This document shows positions 34,452 through 43,303 of a stretch of 43,303 nucleotides of DNA, piece after piece (positions within the stretch are counted from its first letter, which is position 1; each line of letters begins with the position of its first letter). Made by a program: the position numbers and the translations under genes. Source of the DNA: a virus (Duplodnaviria; Caudoviricetes); the IMG/VR virus record IMGVR_UViG_3300044806_000263, positions 1-43,303 of that record; one strand, given 5' to 3'. Below the pieces are notes generated by a model. That model was given only the letters and a program-made list of their open reading frames with translations, searched no databases and was not told the DNA's origin.

Positions 34452-36347
34452 TTAACCCTCCGACCAGAACTCTTCCCATGCGTCAACAGAAGATGCACCT
34501 GGAGTATCAGAACCAGTGGAGTCTGGATCAATACCGATCGACGACCAATCAAAACTGCCAGAGGACAAACCATCCAACAGTGCTTGCAGATCGCCTGTCA
34601 ACGGTGCAGTCACATCGCCGGTATTTGCTCCGTTGATGACTTCTTCGTCAGTTGCAGGAGTGATTGAGGGGGAGGTACTTCCGCCACCACCTGTCAGCGC
34701 TTTGATCAGACTTGCCAGCGCATTGCTGGTTGCTCCAGTCACGGCATTTCCTGCACCAGTCAGTGCGCCGCTGATGCCGCCAGGAAGTGCACCATTGACA
34801 GCATTGGCTCCCAGCAGGCCGAGCAGAATCTTGCCAATGTTGTCACCATCAACAGTGTTGTTGCTGTTGGTGGCTGCATTCTGGTTCTTTGTGCTGTCGC
34901 TCGTGCCGGCCTGTTGGGTGTTTGTATTTTGCGTGGTTCCAACAGTTTGATTGTTTGTGCCGGCCGTAGCGGTATTGGTGTTTCCAGTAGTCGCTTGGGT
35001 GGAGCTTCCAGTGGTTCCGGTATTTGTCGTACCGGTTTGCGTCTGGTTGCTGGTGCCAGTGGTGGCCTGATTGCTGGTTCCCGTCGTGCTCTGGTTGTTG
35101 GTACCGGTTGTTGTGGTACCAGTTGTTCCAGTCGTATTCTGCTGCGTGGTGTTCGCAGTATTCTGCGTATTGGCACCCGTCATGTTCTGACTGCTGGTTC
35201 CTGCAGTATTCGTGCTGTTGGTTCCGCTGGTGACAGTGCCAGTGGTTCCAGTGGTGTTCTGGTTGCTGGTACCGTTCACAGCTTGAGTGATGGTGTTCAA
35301 CAGATCTTGTACTTGCGTGCTGTTCGTGGTCGTGTTTTGACCTTGCACCTGATTCTGAGTATTGGTGGTTCCACCAGTCAGAGTCTGTGTGAGGTCTTGA
35401 ATCTGCTGATTGTTGCCAGTAGTTGCAACTGACTTGGTCAACTCAGCGATGCGAGCAGCAACATCCGCACTGGACGTTACCATACTCTGGCTCAATTGCG
35501 CGGCCCGAGTTGTCAGATCAGCAGACATGGTGCCAAGTGCAGTTGCCAGTGGCGAATTGTTACTTGCGCGCGCGCCCACTGCATTCGCCATTGTTGCCAC
35601 CAGACCAGGAACATTCTTCTGCCCCTCGGTAAAGATGGCGCCAAGCATCTCTGGAGTGATACCAGAATTCAGCTGCTTGAACACCTGATCCAACGCACTG
35701 ATGTTGGCGTTGGTGGTCTGCGTCTGGTTGGTCAGATTCTGGATCGTACCGGTGTTTGCCTGTGCCTGCTGCTGGCTGGTAATACCAGTAGTTGCAGTGG
35801 TTCCGGTAGTTCCAGTGACACTGTTGTTGGTAGTCGTGCCAGTCGTGGCATTTGTACCTGTCGTGTTCTGCGTCGTCGCACCAGTCACAGCTTGATTCTG
35901 TGTCTGTTGCTGATTCTGATTTGTCGTGCCGGTGACCGCTTGGTTGGTCGCACCCGTCACTGCCTGATTCTGCGTGCCGCTTTGCACTTGCGTACCAGAG
36001 CCAGTCACAGCTTGGTTTTGCACCTGCTGCTGGTTCTGTGTGTTGGTTCCAACTTGATTCTGGGTCGTGGAACCAACTTGATTCTGCGTGGTCGCACCGA
36101 CAATGGCATTCACCATGTCCTGGATGACCTGTGATGTGTTGGTGCCAACAACATTCTGATTCTGCGTCTGTGCAGTGGTGGAGGCATTGGTGCCAGCAGT
36201 CGTCTGATTACCTACCAATTGTTGGTTGGTATTGTTCGTCGTCGCACCAGTCTCTGCGACAGTGCTGTTGGTGTTTTGCTGGCTAGCCCCACCAATGATT
36301 GATGTCAGCAGACTCTGCAATGCGGGAGCGGCAATTTCGTCGGCCAT
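34452..36347 (-). CDS. Thr/Asn/Gln-rich repeat protein, putative ejection or pilot protein (631 aa)
   Basis: Two long low-complexity arms flanking a helical core; GGAG site. Confidence 0.7.
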   Translation of the reverse strand: MADEIAAPALQSLLTSIIGGASQQNTNSTVAETGATTNNTNQQLVGNQTTAGTNASTTAQTQNQNVVGTNTSQVIQDMVNAIVGATTQNQVGSTTQNQVGTNTQNQQQVQNQAVTGSGTQVQSGTQNQAVTGATNQAVTGTTNQNQQQTQNQAVTGATTQNTTGTNATTGTTTNNSVTGTTGTTATTGITSQQQAQANTGTIQNLTNQTQTTNANISALDQVFKQLNSGITPEMLGAIFTEGQKNVPGLVATMANAVGARASNNSPLATALGTMSADLTTRAAQLSQSMVTSSADVAARIAELTKSVATTGNNQQIQDLTQTLTGGTTNTQNQVQGQNTTTNSTQVQDLLNTITQAVNGTSNQNTTGTTGTVTSGTNSTNTAGTSSQNMTGANTQNTANTTQQNTTGTTGTTTTGTNNQSTTGTSNQATTGTSNQTQTGTTNTGTTGSSTQATTGNTNTATAGTNNQTVGTTQNTNTQQAGTSDSTKNQNAATNSNNTVDGDNIGKILLGLLGANAVNGALPGGISGALTGAGNAVTGATSNALASLIKALTGGGGSTSPSITPATDEEVINGANTGDVTAPLTGDLQALLDGLSSGSFDWSSIGIDPDSTGSDTPGASSVDAWEEFWSEG

Positions 36348-36397
36348 GTGAGTTTCTCCAGAATATGAAGTAGTGTAGGCGGTGGAGTTGTTTGTTG

Positions 36398-36790
36398 CTA
36401 GGCAGGAATGAGGATAACAGAAACAAAACAGTCAGCCGAATCCGCAGCTGCACCTGCGAGAGTTTGCAGCTGTATCGTTGCAGTGGTTTCTGTTTTTACT
36501 GTTGCTTGTCCGACCAACATTGTAGCTCCTGCGCAGGAAATCTGTACTCCATATCGCAGCCCAGGATAGGTGTCTACAAATGTCAGCGTGTACTGGCCAG
36601 TTCCTGTCTTTGCAATAGCTTTGATACCGTAGGCTGCAGAAAATACCGGAGCCACTACAGTGCCGTCAAATCTGCAAGCTGCTGCAGTATAGGGAATCCG
36701 TAGGAGGTATGCACCAAAGAATTGCAGTTCCCGAGCTATTTCCTCGAGCCCAAACAGCGGCGCAGAAAGCAGCGAATTACCGAATGCCAT
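36398..36790 (-). CDS. Small tail-associated protein (130 aa)
   Basis: Beta-rich C-terminus (KTGTGQYTLTF) typical of tail-fibre-associated domains. Confidence 0.6.
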   Translation of the reverse strand: MAFGNSLLSAPLFGLEEIARELQFFGAYLLRIPYTAAACRFDGTVVAPVFSAAYGIKAIAKTGTGQYTLTFVDTYPGLRYGVQISCAGATMLVGQATVKTETTATIQLQTLAGAAADSADCFVSVILIPA

Positions 36791-38450
36791 GACGTTGTGC
36801 CTGTACAGTTACTGCTGTTACAGCAAAATCACCATCAAACGCCAAGTAAACAGCATCAGAGGTGATTCGCCCCTGAAACCGCTCAAACGAGTCAGTAGAT
36901 TCTACAGACACCATCTGGACTGGCGCTCCGCTAAAGTCAGCTCCGTTGTCAGCAGGCCATGCATAGCAGCGGAATGGTGCGTCGCCCCGAGAACGGGTGA
37001 CGTTCACTTCTGTCACTGTTGTCCTGTTTGCTCGGCGAATGCGGATAGGTCCTACGATCAACGCACCATTTACCGGAGACAGCGGAGACCCAACTAAGTT
37101 ATCAGACCACGGAACAGATACATGAACACCATTGCTGCCAGCCACCAGTGTCTCTGGAAACCAGTGCATGCTGCTGAGCGGTTCCAACCCTCTGTTTGTA
37201 TTTCCAGATGCAGGAGTCGCCGGAACTGAGATAACAGCGCCCTGCCCCGGCCCACCAAAAGGTACTTGTGTCCAGGCTGTTCGTTCGAGATGAAGGTCGT
37301 ACAACAAAGCAAGACCCAGAGACGAGAAAGCACTGGGATTTATCAGCAAATACCGACTATCGAACAGTGTGAGTATGGCGTCAGCTGTGGCATTTCGCGC
37401 ATTCAACGAAGCAAGCACAGGATAGCTGGCAGCAGAAAAAACAACAGGCATCTGCGTTTCTTGCATTGCATCCTGCACATGACCTAGCAGGTACTCTGCA
37501 CGCTGCAACGAGACTCGCTGAATTCCTCGTTTACCGCTAATGTAGTGATACTGGCTGCCTACTTCTGTTGCTACTGCTCTGTGCTTCTCTATTCCGCCAC
37601 AGCCCGCAATCCCTCTAAAAGAGAACGGAACAGCAGCTGCATTGGAAAAGAATGCTGCGATGCCATTTTGTGCGGTGTACAATACAAATCCACCAGCAAT
37701 TGCAGCTCCTGTGATTGGCATACTTACCAGATCCACCGGACTTTGACTTCCTGCGCCCAGCGTTACAGTGCTAAAATCCAGCGGATTAGCTGGAGTAGAC
37801 CAGAGGACCAGAGATGCTGTGCACAGCACGAGATAGTTGCTAGCAGAAAACATGCATACAATATCATCCAGCGCAATGCCGGCAGGCAGCACAGGAGCAG
37901 CAACAACAAAGGATTTTGTTGTCAACTCAAACAGTACGCTTTTATCCACTCCGAGCGCAGCGGAGTATCGAGACAAGACAAAAACTCTGTCATTGACATC
38001 ACCAGAAAACAGTTTAATCACCGAGCGTACGGTATCGAAACCGGGCAGTACGAATCCTGCATCTGCGATGTATCCTGTGTCCAGTCCTGTGGGGGATACA
38101 TAAGCTACAGGAGCTCCAGTACTGGTCAATGTGCCAACAACAGCACTAAAGAAGTAGCTGTTAACAACATCGCGGAGAGAAACTGCATCTTTGACTCGCA
38201 TAGCTACAGGCCATGCTGCTGCCGATCTGCGAGTGGAGAAACTTCTATACCCCTTCTCGGTTGGAATCATGTTGCTCGCCCAGGCAACTTGAATCAGATT
38301 CCAATCTACCGAGTTTATCCCTCCAACAAATGCTGGATTTACTCGCGGCGCCACATCCATGCCAGGATCCAGAACTTCCTGGGTGCCCTGATTTAGCAGC
38401 AGCGGAAACTTAGCGTTTGTCAGCGCTACTTTGAATGTGACGTTGCTCAT
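36777..38450 (-). CDS. Putative tail tube / nozzle protein, beta-propeller-like (557 aa)
   Basis: Size, position before the ejection proteins, NMIPTEKGYRS and SVLWS...NPLDF-like segments. Confidence 0.65.
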   Translation of the reverse strand: MSNVTFKVALTNAKFPLLLNQGTQEVLDPGMDVAPRVNPAFVGGINSVDWNLIQVAWASNMIPTEKGYRSFSTRRSAAAWPVAMRVKDAVSLRDVVNSYFFSAVVGTLTSTGAPVAYVSPTGLDTGYIADAGFVLPGFDTVRSVIKLFSGDVNDRVFVLSRYSAALGVDKSVLFELTTKSFVVAAPVLPAGIALDDIVCMFSASNYLVLCTASLVLWSTPANPLDFSTVTLGAGSQSPVDLVSMPITGAAIAGGFVLYTAQNGIAAFFSNAAAVPFSFRGIAGCGGIEKHRAVATEVGSQYHYISGKRGIQRVSLQRAEYLLGHVQDAMQETQMPVVFSAASYPVLASLNARNATADAILTLFDSRYLLINPSAFSSLGLALLYDLHLERTAWTQVPFGGPGQGAVISVPATPASGNTNRGLEPLSSMHWFPETLVAGSNGVHVSVPWSDNLVGSPLSPVNGALIVGPIRIRRANRTTVTEVNVTRSRGDAPFRCYAWPADNGADFSGAPVQMVSVESTDSFERFQGRITSDAVYLAFDGDFAVTAVTVQAQRHGIR

Positions 38451-38668
38451 TACCCAAGATCCTTGTAGAAGATGCTGTCCGGCTTCTTGATCGGCTCGTC
38501 AGGTTTGCGTTCCCACCGCACACACTCTTCCTGCACCAGTTTGTATCCGGCGATGAACGATACAGTCAGTGTGACGTGAGAGCACTTGAATCCTGCAGAC
38601 GGAGCAGGAGAAGCTGCACAGGCAGAGAGAAGTAGAGCTGCAAGCAGGAAGCAATAAAATTTGCGCAT
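38450..38668 (-). CDS. Small lipoprotein (72 aa)
   Basis: Basic N-terminus, hydrophobic core, LSAC lipobox and two further Cys. Confidence 0.75.
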   Translation of the reverse strand: MRKFYCFLLAALLLSACAASPAPSAGFKCSHVTLTVSFIAGYKLVQEECVRWERKPDEPIKKPDSIFYKDLG

Positions 38669-38682
38669 AATTGCTTCCTGTT

Positions 38683-40266
38683 TTAGGCTGCCAACGTAAG
38701 CTGCACCTGGGCAATCTTTGCGACGACTTGCGTTCCTGCCGCGCTGTGCGAAATAGTGAAGTCAAGGCGCGCAGTTGTCAGGCTGGCGAATGTCGGCACC
38801 TTCACGTCTCGCATCGAAAACACCACCTCCACCACATCGTCCTGCTGGATGTGGTTCGTGCTGCTGCTGTTGCCGCTACTCTCGAAGCAGCTTGACGCAA
38901 AGGTGACGCCATCCGCAATCCACACGAGGCCGCATTGCATCTGCTTGATGTTCCCAGCCACAACGCCGGACACATTGACTTTCATGACGAGCGATTCAAT
39001 CGTTCCGCCGCTGACAAATCTGGCTTGCAGTCCTGAGAACGACATCCGGAGCACGTTGTCAGCGTTCGCCGGGGTGTAGGTGATAGCCCAGTCATTGCCA
39101 AAGCCGTCCGCGCGAGCATTCAACGCACTGACGCCTGACGCTCCGGTTCCAGTCAATGCCCCACTTGCGCCAGTCGGCATGGTTCCCGTCACGTTGGTGA
39201 CGGTGCTGGCAATTCCGGTGCCCATCAAAGGGTTGTCGATCAGGCAGCGAGACTCTGCGTCGGCAGCGCGCGTATCAAGTGCTGTGTACGGCAGCGGAAT
39301 TCCTGTCTGCGTCTTGGCGTCAAGAGCGAACAGATACTTTGCCGCTTCGTACATAGCACGCGGGCTGGGGTGGATGTTGTCCCCTGTGTTGATATAGCCG
39401 GTCTTTGCCAAGCCTGTGCTTAGGCCCCAAAGCGCCAGCGTGTTGTGCACGCGGACCTGGCGATATTCAGCAAACGCGATTTTCAGTTCAGTGTAGTAGC
39501 GATTAAGCAGCCGCAGATTTGCAGCCGTGTTGTTGGCAGCCGCACTGTTGAACGGTGCCGTGCTGAAGATGTCCCATGTTGCGTACGGGTAAGCATCAAC
39601 CGCAGCCTTGATTGATGCGACAGTCTGCGCAACCGTGCGACCAGCGGTTAGATCGTTGTAGCCAGCAAAGAACACCACCCGCTGCGGACTGTAAGGTGCA
39701 ACGTGAGTAGCGACCTTTGCTGCGATGGTGTCAGTCGCAGCACCGGGAAAGCCAGCATTGTTCAGGAGCGTGTAAGCGCCTGACGTCAGCCGGTTCCAGT
39801 GAGACCAGAACCCGGCAGACTGGTAGTTGTGATGCAAGATGACAGCACCACTGCCGACCGTGCGCTGGGGCAGCACACCAGCAGCGCCAACGCTCGGGAA
39901 ACTGAAACTGCTGCTGCTGATGTAGGTTGCAGGAACGCGCTGTGCTTCGTCGTCAACATCCACAAGGCCCACGGCGCTGATGAGCGCACCCGAATAAGCC
40001 AAATGCGCCGTCGCACCAGTCACCGTGACAACACCGCCAGAGCGCGTAAACGTCAGGCCGCCAGGGCCGCTGCCGCCATTGCTTTGGAATGCGAAGGAAT
40101 CACCAAGGATAATCATGGTGTTTTGGAGGGCAGGAACTTGGCTTCTTTCGCCTGTTACTAGCGACCCGACAATCTCACCAGAACTGTCAACAACAGCTTT
40201 GCTGCCATCTGCTTGTGTTTCCACATACGCCAGCTCTTTGCCGCGACCATCATTAAATCCTGCCAT
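38683..40266 (-). CDS. Tail spike / receptor-binding protein with SGNH esterase domain (527 aa)
   Basis: Blocks GDSF, NAGFPG, GYND and DNIHP; C-terminal beta-sandwich-like region. Confidence 0.8.
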   Translation of the reverse strand: MAGFNDGRGKELAYVETQADGSKAVVDSSGEIVGSLVTGERSQVPALQNTMIILGDSFAFQSNGGSGPGGLTFTRSGGVVTVTGATAHLAYSGALISAVGLVDVDDEAQRVPATYISSSSFSFPSVGAAGVLPQRTVGSGAVILHHNYQSAGFWSHWNRLTSGAYTLLNNAGFPGAATDTIAAKVATHVAPYSPQRVVFFAGYNDLTAGRTVAQTVASIKAAVDAYPYATWDIFSTAPFNSAAANNTAANLRLLNRYYTELKIAFAEYRQVRVHNTLALWGLSTGLAKTGYINTGDNIHPSPRAMYEAAKYLFALDAKTQTGIPLPYTALDTRAADAESRCLIDNPLMGTGIASTVTNVTGTMPTGASGALTGTGASGVSALNARADGFGNDWAITYTPANADNVLRMSFSGLQARFVSGGTIESLVMKVNVSGVVAGNIKQMQCGLVWIADGVTFASSCFESSGNSSSTNHIQQDDVVEVVFSMRDVKVPTFASLTTARLDFTISHSAAGTQVVAKIAQVQLTLAA

Positions 40267-40281
40267 GATCTTTACTCCTGC

Positions 40282-40578
40282 TCATTTCCAGATTTCAATA
40301 AAAAACCGCCCAACGGCGGTCGCTGAAAGTTTGCCAACTACCACGGCTCCGATGGTGCCGACACCACCAAGCCACAGTATTGGTTTTGCAATCTTTCCAA
40401 GCCATTCCAGTACTTTGAACGCTCCTTGCGCGGCACTGAATGCTTCCACCACTGACGAGGTATTTGTTTCTACCCGCTTGACTGATCCTTCCAGGTCTGC
40501 TAGCCGCTGATCTACCAGCTGCATCCAATCGGAAGACACAGTCATTTCCACCTGTCGATCTTCATCTTGTCTGCTCAT
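40282..40578 (-). CDS. Holin-like membrane protein (coiled coil plus C-terminal TM; start uncertain)
   Basis: RLADLEGSVKRVETNT coil then the hydrophobic ILWLGGVGTIGAVVVG segment. Confidence 0.5.
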   Translation of the reverse strand: MSRQDEDRQVEMTVSSDWMQLVDQRLADLEGSVKRVETNTSSVVEAFSAAQGAFKVLEWLGKIAKPILWLGGVGTIGAVVVGKLSATAVGRFFIEIWK

Positions 40579-40579
40579 G

Positions 40580-41170
40580 TCAGCGGCCCACAACTTCAAG
40601 ATTATCTTGTATCAAATCCGCGAACATGATGGCCGCCAATTGGTCCACACGAGATTTGATTTCTTGCTCGCCAATTGTTGCCAAGATTGTGCTCGCTGCC
40701 CAGAGAACAACAAGGTCTTGAAAGTCGTTGTAGATCCAGTCAGTACTTGACGTACCGTTGGTGACGAACGCCATGTCTGGGTACGTGTAGAACGCACATT
40801 CGTATGCTTCTTCCGGGTTGGCAGCTCGGACCATGATTTCCGCGCCCATACCGTAGTAAATGTTCTGGCGCTGCAGACGATTGTGATCCAATTGATCGTC
40901 GATAGTCACAGGGTCAAGATACAGATCTTGTACCGTAGACTTCACATACGCCATTTGGCGAAATCTGGGAGACAGAGCTGTCAGCGACACCGGCTGCAGC
41001 GCAGCGAGCGTCAATGTTCCAGTATTCTGTTTTGTCAGATCTCGCCAAAACTTACCACTTTTGTGGACAGTCCTGATAGCCGACTTGAGCGCCAGAGTAG
41101 TCTCAGCGATTTGCGTGGGACGGTTTGTCCACGTGTACACTTCAGATTGCAATTCCGCCCAAGTCGGCAT
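40580..41170 (-). CDS. Head-tail adaptor / tail tubular protein A-like (196 aa)
   Basis: Size, position after the capsid genes and helical N- and C-termini. Confidence 0.7.
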   Translation of the reverse strand: MPTWAELQSEVYTWTNRPTQIAETTLALKSAIRTVHKSGKFWRDLTKQNTGTLTLAALQPVSLTALSPRFRQMAYVKSTVQDLYLDPVTIDDQLDHNRLQRQNIYYGMGAEIMVRAANPEEAYECAFYTYPDMAFVTNGTSSTDWIYNDFQDLVVLWAASTILATIGEQEIKSRVDQLAAIMFADLIQDNLEVVGR

Positions 41171-41185
41171 ATCAGCTTCTCCTGC

Positions 41186-41479
41186 TTAGTTCTTGCTGGC
41201 TTGGCCAGCAGCAACCAGCTTGTCGTGCGCAACAACTGCATTTGCCAGCACATGCGCATGCGCAGCTTCTTCTGCCGGGTCCTTCTGCGCTTGCGTTGTG
41301 TAGATGTAGCTGCCTTCTTTGTCCGCACAACTGTCGCAGTACGCAATGACCGCCTCATCCGTTGTCATCAACGTATCGCCTGCAAACAGAACATCTTTCA
41401 CAACACCCGGCGCCACATTGACGACGATGCGCAGATTGGGAACGCGAGAATGGTAAATCTTTTCGGTGGGTTTGGTCAT
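41186..41479 (-). CDS. Hypothetical virion-module protein (97 aa)
   Basis: GAGG site; operon packing. Confidence 0.75.
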   Translation of the reverse strand: MTKPTEKIYHSRVPNLRIVVNVAPGVVKDVLFAGDTLMTTDEAVIAYCDSCADKEGSYIYTTQAQKDPAEEAAHAHVLANAVVAHDKLVAAGQASKN

Positions 41480-41481
41480 TT

Positions 41482-41802
41482 TCAGCCTCGATTGAAGGTC
41501 ATGTTGTTGTCGCTGCGAAGGAAGATGCCGGCCTGCAGAGCAGGAACAGCAGCAATCACTCCAGCAGTAACGGGGTAGACGACAGCATTGATGGTGATAC
41601 TGGTGATCTGGCCGTCACGCAGCAGAATGTCAGTATTGCCGTTTGCAGCTGTAGCTTGTACAGTTGGTTGCCGTTCGTACTTCAGCAACTCACTGTACTC
41701 TTGTGCCGAGATGCCAGTAACTTTTCGCGACGCAACGGCTTTTACACCGCTGGTCGCGAAAGTGATGCTGGAAACATTCGGCGGAACGGTAAGATCCGGC
41801 AT
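41482..41802 (-). CDS. Putative capsid decoration protein (106 aa, start MPDLTVPP)
   Basis: AGGAG site right after the capsid stop; small beta-rich protein with two similar halves (SSITF... and TSITI...). Confidence 0.55.
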   Translation of the reverse strand: MPDLTVPPNVSSITFATSGVKAVASRKVTGISAQEYSELLKYERQPTVQATAANGNTDILLRDGQITSITINAVVYPVTAGVIAAVPALQAGIFLRSDNNMTFNRG

Positions 41803-41816
41803 GTTTCCAGCTCCTG

Positions 41817-43019
41817 TTAGCCAGCAGCGCCAGCAGTGGTGTTGGTCAGTTGCGCGTTGGCAGGCGGGTTCTTGACCAGGCAGGTGCATTCCGTGGTCAG
41901 AGTTCCACCCACAGCGTCGATGCCGTTGTCAACAGGCGAACCAGCCATGTTGAATTCGCGGCTCTGCGTCTTGCGACCAGTCATGTACGCCAGATTGAAC
42001 GACGGCAGGTCGATTGCGATCATCATCTTGGCCCACGAAGCTGCTTGCCCGAAAGCATTCAGCAGCGGATGTTCCACGATGTTGAATCGGCCGCGCGGCA
42101 TCTTGATGGTGTCGAACTGCAGACCCCATTCCGTCGTTTGATTCTCGATTTCGTACTGGCTGTTCAGCCGGCAGATGGTGTGAATCACGCGACGAGCGAA
42201 ACCACCAGTGAACAGCAGTCGTTCATTGGGATTCTTGGGATCGGTGACTTGGTTGAACACCGGGTCCAGAGCAGCTTCCAGCTGGGTGTAGTTGGTAGTT
42301 GCAGCCAGCGCAGTGGCACCACCAGCAGCAATGATCTGGTTGATGAGACCATTCATGCAGCGGAACGGGAAGTTGTTGCGAGTCGTGGTCAGAGTTTGAC
42401 CAAACAGCAGCGCCTTCTCGATGTCAACTGCGTGGAACATCGCGCAGTCATTGCGCGACTCAGCATCGGGAGAACCACCAACGATGACGCTGGTAGCTTG
42501 ACTGGTACCGCTCACCAGCCAGGTGTTGCGGAAGATTTGCGTGTAATTCAGGACACGCTGCGGAACGATGACCAGCGATTGCGGACGAGTAGATGCTTCC
42601 TCGTACGCATTGCCAACCATGTACAGCCGCACGGTATTGCCGATGGCAGCGCCAGCAACAGTACCTTGGCCGCGAACAACGGTGATGGAAGTTCCGCTGC
42701 CGACGGCGGTCACCAGCACGTGTTCCCGCGTGGTATCTGCTTCCAGGATCATGCCAGGCAGAATGTTTTCGCTGCTGACCACGGTGAAGGCAGTAGCCAC
42801 ACCATCAGCAACAGCTGCATTCAGCACGACAGACGGAAAGATCATCGTCTTCGTCCAGAAACCATGTTCCGGCTGGAACGCAGTTTCTTCCTTCAGCATG
42901 GACGTGATGCCCATGAGAGGTGCTTGGCCATTGGGACCAAGACGGGTGATGAGTGCCGAGAAAGATTTCTTGGCGTAGTCGGTAGGATTGGTACCGGTGT
43001 TCCAGGTAGCGACAGGCAT
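41817..43019 (-). CDS. Major capsid protein, SU10/DUF5309-like (400 aa)
   Basis: NYTQIFRNTWLVSGT, DIEKALLFG and MNGLI motifs; strong codon bias. Confidence 0.88.
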   Translation of the reverse strand: MPVATWNTGTNPTDYAKKSFSALITRLGPNGQAPLMGITSMLKEETAFQPEHGFWTKTMIFPSVVLNAAVADGVATAFTVVSSENILPGMILEADTTREHVLVTAVGSGTSITVVRGQGTVAGAAIGNTVRLYMVGNAYEEASTRPQSLVIVPQRVLNYTQIFRNTWLVSGTSQATSVIVGGSPDAESRNDCAMFHAVDIEKALLFGQTLTTTRNNFPFRCMNGLINQIIAAGGATALAATTNYTQLEAALDPVFNQVTDPKNPNERLLFTGGFARRVIHTICRLNSQYEIENQTTEWGLQFDTIKMPRGRFNIVEHPLLNAFGQAASWAKMMIAIDLPSFNLAYMTGRKTQSREFNMAGSPVDNGIDAVGGTLTTECTCLVKNPPANAQLTNTTAGAAG

Positions 43020-43058
43020 GAGATGCTCCAGTGAGAAAGATGAAAGAGGGTGAGGGAG

Positions 43059-43303
43059 TTACCAGTTCGAGAAATCGGTGCCGCCACCAGGCAGAGCTTC
43101 CTGCTGCTGTTTCCCTTCGTTCGTGTTGCCACTGAACAACTGGGAAAAGTTTCCGAAATACTCTTCGGTCATTGCTTGAATTTCTTCAGGCCGCTTGTCC
43201 GGATTCTTGGCCGTGATTCGTTCACGGATAGATTCCATCATCTGCTTGACCGCAGGATGTTCCAGTGCAGGATTGTTCGGCTTCTGGTTGCGTACCGTAA
43301 GCT
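43059..43303 (-). CDS. 3' part of the putative scaffolding protein (continues from 593..1)
   Basis: Same frame across the circular overlap; ends ...GGTDFSNW just before the capsid gene. Confidence 0.75.
   Translation of the reverse strand, partial: LTVRNQKPNNPALEHPAVKQMMESIRERITAKNPDKRPEEIQAMTEEYFGNFSQLFSGNTNEGKQQQEALPGGGTDFSNW
43177..43303. repeat. Terminal overlap copy of 1-127
   Basis: Exact match. Confidence 0.95.

Noticed and set aside
34452-36347. Ice-nucleation protein
   Set aside because: It has 8-residue periodicity but lacks the AGYGSTxTA consensus, and its context is the ejection-protein cluster.

Overview
The window is an apparently complete, circularly assembled tailed-phage genome of about 43.18 kb; the first 127 nt are repeated at the end. 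It has podovirus-like architecture and I recognise no integrase, RNA polymerase or tRNA. The minus strand carries one morphogenesis arm: terminase small and large subunits, portal, scaffold (spanning the join), major capsid, adaptor, SGNH-esterase tail spike, tail tube and four internal or ejection proteins up to 1670 aa. The plus strand carries early and replication genes: DenV-like glycosylase, RecD/Dda-like helicase, Cas4-like exonuclease, Sak4-like ATPase, SSB-like protein, PolA, a P-loop helicase and dUTPase. This arm ends in an anti-defence cassette with adjacent Acb2 and Tad2 signal-sponge homologues. Between the arms lies a mostly non-coding region (4.8-7.8 kb). It holds three near-consensus sigma54 promoters, two OmpR-type boxes, strand-biased GNA mini-hairpin clusters, a 49-bp inverted repeat around an AT-rich core, a 157-nt foldback and one stand-alone gene. 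A 240-nt multi-hairpin intergenic element at 16.34-16.58 kb carries a TTGTCTCCTCCT anti-Shine-Dalgarno motif resembling Burkholderiales small RNAs, which hints at a betaproteobacterial host. All family assignments come from motif recognition by eye; no searches were run.
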